Part shown: positions 59,001 to 64,000 of the stretch, piece after piece
How the letters are laid out: every line of letters starts with the position of its first letter
Numbering within the stretch: the first letter of the stretch is position 1
Assembly (NCBI RefSeq): GCF_030144855.1
Contig: NC_082715.1
Coordinates: 62,806,001 to 62,870,000, forward strand
DNA: 64,000 nucleotides
Origin: Hypanus sabinus
Lineage: Eukaryota
Reading direction: 5' to 3'
Notes under the pieces: model-generated
Seen by the model: the letters and a program-made list of their open reading frames with translations, nothing else
Told to the model about the DNA's origin: nothing
The model's database searches: none
Made by a program: the position numbers and the translations under genes

Positions 59001-62000
59001 GGACTGAAGGCTAATAAATCCCCGGGTCCAGAAGGTCTGCATCCGAAGGTTCTAAAAGAGGTGGCTCAGGAAATTGCGGATGCATTGGTAATCATTTTCC
59101 AATGTTCCTTAGATTCAGGATCAGTTCCTGAAGATTGGAGAGTGACTAATGTTGTCCCACTTTTCAAGAAGGGAGGGAAGGAGAAAACGGAGAACTATCG
59201 CCCTGTTAGCCTAAAGTCAGTCGTGGGGAAGATGCTTGAGTCCATTATTAAGGACGAAAGGTGGCACATCTAGATGGCAGAAATAGGATTAGGCCAAGCC
59301 AGCATGGATTTACCAAGGGCAAATCATGCTTGACTAATCTGTTGGAGTTTTTTGAGGGTGTAACAAGGATTTTAGACGAGGGTAAGCCAGTAGATGTTGT
59401 GTACCTAGATTTTCAGAAGGCATTCGATAAAGTGCCACATAGGAGATTGGTGAGTAAAATCAGAGCTCATGGCATTGGGGGCAGGGTTTCAACATGGATA
59501 GAAAACTGGTTGGCAGATAGAAAGCAAAGGGTAGCAGTGAATGGGTGTTTCTCAGACTAGCTGGAGGTGACTAGTGGGGTACCACAGGGCTCTGTATTGG
59601 GACCACAGCTCTTTACGATTTATGTCAATGATTTAGATGAGGGCATTGAAAACTATATCAGCAAGTTTGCTGATGATACTAAACTGGGTGGCAGTGTGAC
59701 ATGCGAAGAGGACGTTAGGAGAATACAGGGAGACTTGGATAGGCTGAGTGAGTGGGCAGATACTTGGCAGATGTCATTCAATGTGAATAAATGTGAAGTT
59801 ATCCACTTTGGAAGCTGGAACAAGAGGGCAGAGTATTGTCTGAACAGTGTCGAATTAGGTAAGGGAGAAATGCAAAGAGACCTAGGAGTCCTAGTTCACC
59901 AGTCAATGAAGGTGAATGAGCAAGTGCAACAGGCAGTGAAGAGGGCAAATGGAATGTTGGCCTTTGTTACAAGGGGAATTGAATAAAAGAGCAAGGATGT
60001 TCTTTTGCATTTGTACAGGGCCCTGGTGATACCACACCTGGAATATTGTGTACAGTTTTGGTCTCCAGGTTTAAGGAAGGACATTCTGGCAATTGAGGAA
60101 GTGCAGCGTAGATTCACTAGGTTGATTCCTGGGATGGCAGGGCTGTCTTACGCAGAGAGATTGGAGAGATTGGGCTTGTACACGCTGGAATTGAGGAGAT
60201 TGAGAGGGGATCTGATTGAAACGTTTAAGATAATTAAAGGATTTGATAGGATTGAGGCAGGAAATATGTTCCAGATGTTGGGAGAGTCCAGTACCAGAGG
60301 GCATGGATTGAGAATAAGAGGTCAGTTATTTAAAACAGAGTTGAGGAAGAGCTTCTTCTCCCAGAGAGTTGTGGAGGTGTGGAATGCACTGCCTCGGAAG
60401 ACGGTGGAGGCCAATTCTCTGGATGCTTTCAAGAAGGAGCTGGATAGATATCTGATGGATAGGGGAATCAAGGGATATGGGGACAAGGCAGGGAGTGGGT
60501 ATTGATGGTGAATGATCAGCCATGATCTCAGAATGGCGGTGCAGACTCGAGGGGCCAAATGGTCTACTTCTGCACCTATTGTCTATTGTCTATTGACTGA
60601 ACCTTCTTAACTAACCTTCCATGTGGAACTTTGTCAAAGGCTTTGCTGAAGTCCATATAGACTACATCCACTGCCTTACCTTTGTCAACATTCCTCGTAA
60701 CTTCTTCAAAAAATTCAATAAGGTTTGTCAAACATGACCTTCCACGCACAAATCCATGCTGGCTACTCCTAATCAGATCCTGTCTATCCAGATAATTATT
60801 AATACTATCTCTAAGAATACTTTCCATTAATTTACCCACCACTGATGTCAAACTGACAGGTCTATAATTGCTAGGCTTACTTCTAGAACCCTTTTTAAAC
60901 AATGGAACCACATGAGCAATACGCCAATCCTCCGGCACAATCCCCGTTTCTAATGACATCTTAAAGATCTCCGTCAGAGCTCCTGCTATCTCTACACAAA
61001 CTTCCCTCAAGGTCCTGGGGAATATCCTGTCAGGACCTGGAGATTTATCCACTTTTAAATTTCTTAAAAGCGCAAGTACTTCCACCTCTTTAATTGTCAT
61101 AGGTTCCATAACTTCCTTATTTGTTTCCCACACCTTACACAATTCAATATCCTTCTCCTTAGTGAATACCGAAGAGAAGAAATTGTTCAAAATCTCTCCC
61201 ATCTCCCTCGGCTCCACACATAGCTGACCACTCTGATTCTCTAAGGGGCCAATTTTATTCCTCACTATCCTCTTGCTTTTAATATAACTGTAGAAACCTT
61301 TCGGATTTACTTTCACCTTATTTGCCAAACCAACCTCATATCTTCTTTTAGCTTTTCTAATCTCTTTCTTAAGATTCCTTTTACATTCTTTATATTCCTT
61401 GAGCAATTCCTTTACTCCATGCTGCCTATATCTATTGTAGACATCCCTCTTTTTCCGAACAAAATTTCTAATATCCCTTGAAAACCATGGTGCTTTCAAA
61501 CCTTTAACCTTTCCTTTCAACCTAACAGGAACAAAAAGATTCTGTACCCTCATAATTTCACCCTTAAATGACCTCCATTTTTCTATTACATCCTTCCCAT
61601 AAAACAACTTGACCCAATCCACTCTCTCTAAATCCCTTCGCATCTCCTCAAAGTTAGCCTTTCTCCAATCAAAAATCCCAACTCTAGGTCCTGTCCTGTC
61701 CTTCTCCATAATTATATTGAAGCTAATGCTATTGTGATCACTGGACCCGAAGTGCTCCCCAACACATACATCTGTCAGCTGACCTATCACATTCCCTAAC
61801 AGGAGATCCAACACTGCCCCATCTCTAGTCGGTACTTCTATGTATTGTTGCAAAAAACTATCCTGCACACATTTCACAAACTCTAAGCCATCCAGCCCTT
61901 TTACAGAATGAGCTTCCCAGTCTACATGTGGAAAATTAAAATCTCCCACAATCACCACATTGTGTTTACTACAAATATCTGCTATCTCCTTACACATTTG

Positions 62001-62018
62001 CTCTTCCAACTCTCCTAG
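56053..62018 (-). mobile_element. Young 5'-truncated CR1 LINE split by a nested CR1 (segments 56053-57179 and 60595-62018)
   Basis: ORF 60576-62054 (EN end and RT N-half, ending KVPHGRLVKKVQS) continues as LGINAGVIKWIQQWL into ORF 56318-57106. Tail (ataaccat)n. Confidence 0.95.
57180..60594 (+). mobile_element. Near-complete CR1 LINE (ORF1 SGNH C-terminus, EN, RT, tail), nested
   Basis: TSD GACTGA (57174-79, 60595-600). ORF1 motif DGLHLN; EN YDIVGITETWL and GDFN; RT QHGF, GVPQGSVLGP, KFADDTK; tail (ctattgt)n. Contains several stops and frameshifts. Confidence 0.96.
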
Positions 62019-62024
62019 AACAGC

Positions 62025-62410
62025 AACAAATTCCACTTCACATTCCCACACCAACGTGTCTGTCCAAGGCCTCCTTCACTGCCAAATTGAGGCTAGTCTC
62101 AGATTAGAGGAATATCGCCTTGCTAGTCTCCAACCTGATGACATGAACATCCATTTCTCCAACTTCCGGTAAACACTCCCCCTCTCCCACTTACCTCACC
62201 TGCCTATCATGCCCTTTACCTGGGTTCACCTATCACCCACAAGATCTGGTTTCACCCCTTCCTTCCACCTTTCTACACTGGGCCATCTCTCTCATTCTTT
62301 CTCGTCCTGATGAAGGGTCTCAACCTAAAACGTTGACTGTGCATTTCCCTTCGTAAATGCTGCTTGATCCACTGAGTTCCTGCAGCTCCTTTGTGTGTTG
62401 CTGGACTTTA
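62025..62410 (+). mobile_element. Penelope-like GIY-YIG end and pLTR with hammerhead remnant
   Basis: SHSHTNVSVQGLLHCQ.EA..RLEE..LASLQPDDMNI.FSNF. Hammerhead at 62302-62339 is gtc-CTGATGA-agggtctcaacct-AAAA-CGTT-gac, with G12 lost. Confidence 0.85.
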
Positions 62411-62559
62411 AGAACAGTCTTTTAATGTGCCAAATGTTTGGTTGGCAGTAAATATAATAATATTCTTCTATACCTTGGCTTATTAAATGACTCATTGTGT
62501 CTGCCACAGCAACACTGGTGCATGATATGACATCATATTGTGAACTCATATGGGCAGTA

Positions 62560-63385
62560 GAAAAGCTGGCCCCACAGCACAACTCATCCAATCTGAACAC
62601 AGTGCCTTCTTGAGCAATTCCCATTTGCCTGCACTTGGCCCATCTCCTACTCCTACTCCATGTCTTTAAATGTTGTGATTGTACTGCCCTTCTGCCACTT
62701 CCTCTGGCAGTTCTTTTTATATACTTCCTGTGGAAAAGCTTCCCCTTAATTGCCCTTAAACCTTTCACCTTAAACCTATGCAATCTAGTTTTGACATAAC
62801 TACCCTGGGAAAAACTTTGTGACTATTTATCTTAACTATACCCTCACAAAACTTTACCATGAATTTGTGGAATTTATTACCACAGGCAGCTGTGGAAGCC
62901 AGTTCGTTGGGTGTATTTAAGGCAGAGACTGATAGGTTCTTGATTGGACATGGCATCAGTTATTGAGGATATGGCACCAGGGATTGAGGCTGAGGAAGGA
63001 AGAAAAGAATTTGCCATGATTGAATGGTTTTGCAGACCTAATTCTGCTCCTATATCTCACCGTCTTATGGTCCTAAATTCAATCTGCGATTCCTGTGCCC
63101 ATTTCTTCAGCTGATCTACATTCTGCTGCAGCTTCAGAAAACCTTTCTCACGATTCACCACACCACCGATTTTAATGTCATCAGCAAACTTATTTATCAT
63201 TCTCATGTAAAACATTGATGCGTATGACAAACAGGAGACATACCATCATTCGCTGTGAGACACCACTGATCACAGTCTACCAGTTTGAAAAACAACCCTC
63301 TGATGCCTACCCCCAAGCTAATCTTGTATCCAACTGGCTAGCTCACTTTGGATCCAATCTGATCTCACAATTCAGACCAGTTTGA
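62560..63385. repeat. Cluster of CR1 fragments (minus tail 62560-62850, plus tail 62857-63075, minus RT 63075-63385)
   Basis: NLWNLLPQAAVEASSLGVFKAETDRFL on plus; KFADDIKIGG on minus. Confidence 0.75.
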
Positions 63386-64000
63386 GGGAAATGTGATTTA
63401 AAAGTCACTGATCTTGCCAATTTCTGTGAATTCACTAATCTATTGGATGCATTTCATCAGTTCTCAATGTGTATATATTTTTTTAAACAGCAATGATTCT
63501 AGGGACAATGCAAAGCAATTCACCAGTGGAAAGGGTATAAATTGTGCATTCAGGGGGTTTGGGGTAATGTTTTGGGGCCTCACCAATATGCTAGCCATGA
63601 ACAGTTCTAATGATCAACTGGAAAGTGAGCTGTGGTGAGAGGGCTTGCATATGCCTAGGTAAGTGTTTTAATGCTTGTTATTTTGTCCTAATAAACATTG
63701 TTTTGCAGTTCTAAGTAGATCATTAGAATTTGTACCTTTATAGCCTATCCATGTCAGATCTGAGAACCTAATTGGTGTAACAAAACACATACACTCCAAA
63801 CATCAGGGCCCCTGCTTCCTGCAGCCAATCAAGAGTGGGGTCACATGGGTTGCATACAGCAATATCTTAAATGAACAAACCACACAAACTTAACCTTTCA
63901 TTTGCCAATACAGAAAAGTAGTATTGCTACACACAAGAACAGCACTCACATTTGGAATTGATCATATTCTCCCCATTGCTGTCTAGTTGCACACAAGGAA

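Noticed and set aside
60576-62054. 492-aa ORF as an intact gene
   Set aside because: A truncated CR1 ORF2. Its N-terminal residues come from antisense Penelope sequence and its end from the nested CR1 tail.

Overview
Eukaryotic, vertebrate-type genomic DNA. It is most consistent with a cartilaginous fish, probably a ray; this is inferred from HE1-like V-SINEs and the CR1/Rex1/Penelope repeat mix. I could not recognise any host protein-coding exon. Roughly half or more of the window is nested, decayed transposable elements: many CR1 and Rex1/Babar-like LINEs, an RTE LINE with an internal inversion, a Tx1/L1 3' stub, an R4/Dong-clade LINE fragment, and Penelope-like elements (GIY-YIG remnants and pseudo-LTRs). 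Also present are two internally deleted CsRn1-like Gypsy LTR elements, two copies of a PIF/Harbinger MITE and a palindromic mariner MITE. The most interesting signals: (1) an HDV-like double-pseudoknot ribozyme fossil at the 5' end of the RTE (39508-39685, minus); (2) minimal type-I hammerhead ribozyme motifs in the Penelope pseudo-LTRs, several in short fold-back elements; (3) a U_UUA_AAC slippery heptamer at the CR1 ORF1 stop, with one copy in which an extra G fuses ORF1 to ORF2, pointing to -1 ribosomal frameshifting; (4) an AT-rich R4/Dong fragment that looks invertebrate-like and is a horizontal-transfer candidate. Repeat-free AT-rich blocks may hold conserved non-coding elements. Boundaries of decayed repeats are approximate unless a TSD or TIR is given. 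All family calls come from motif recognition by eye, not database searches.
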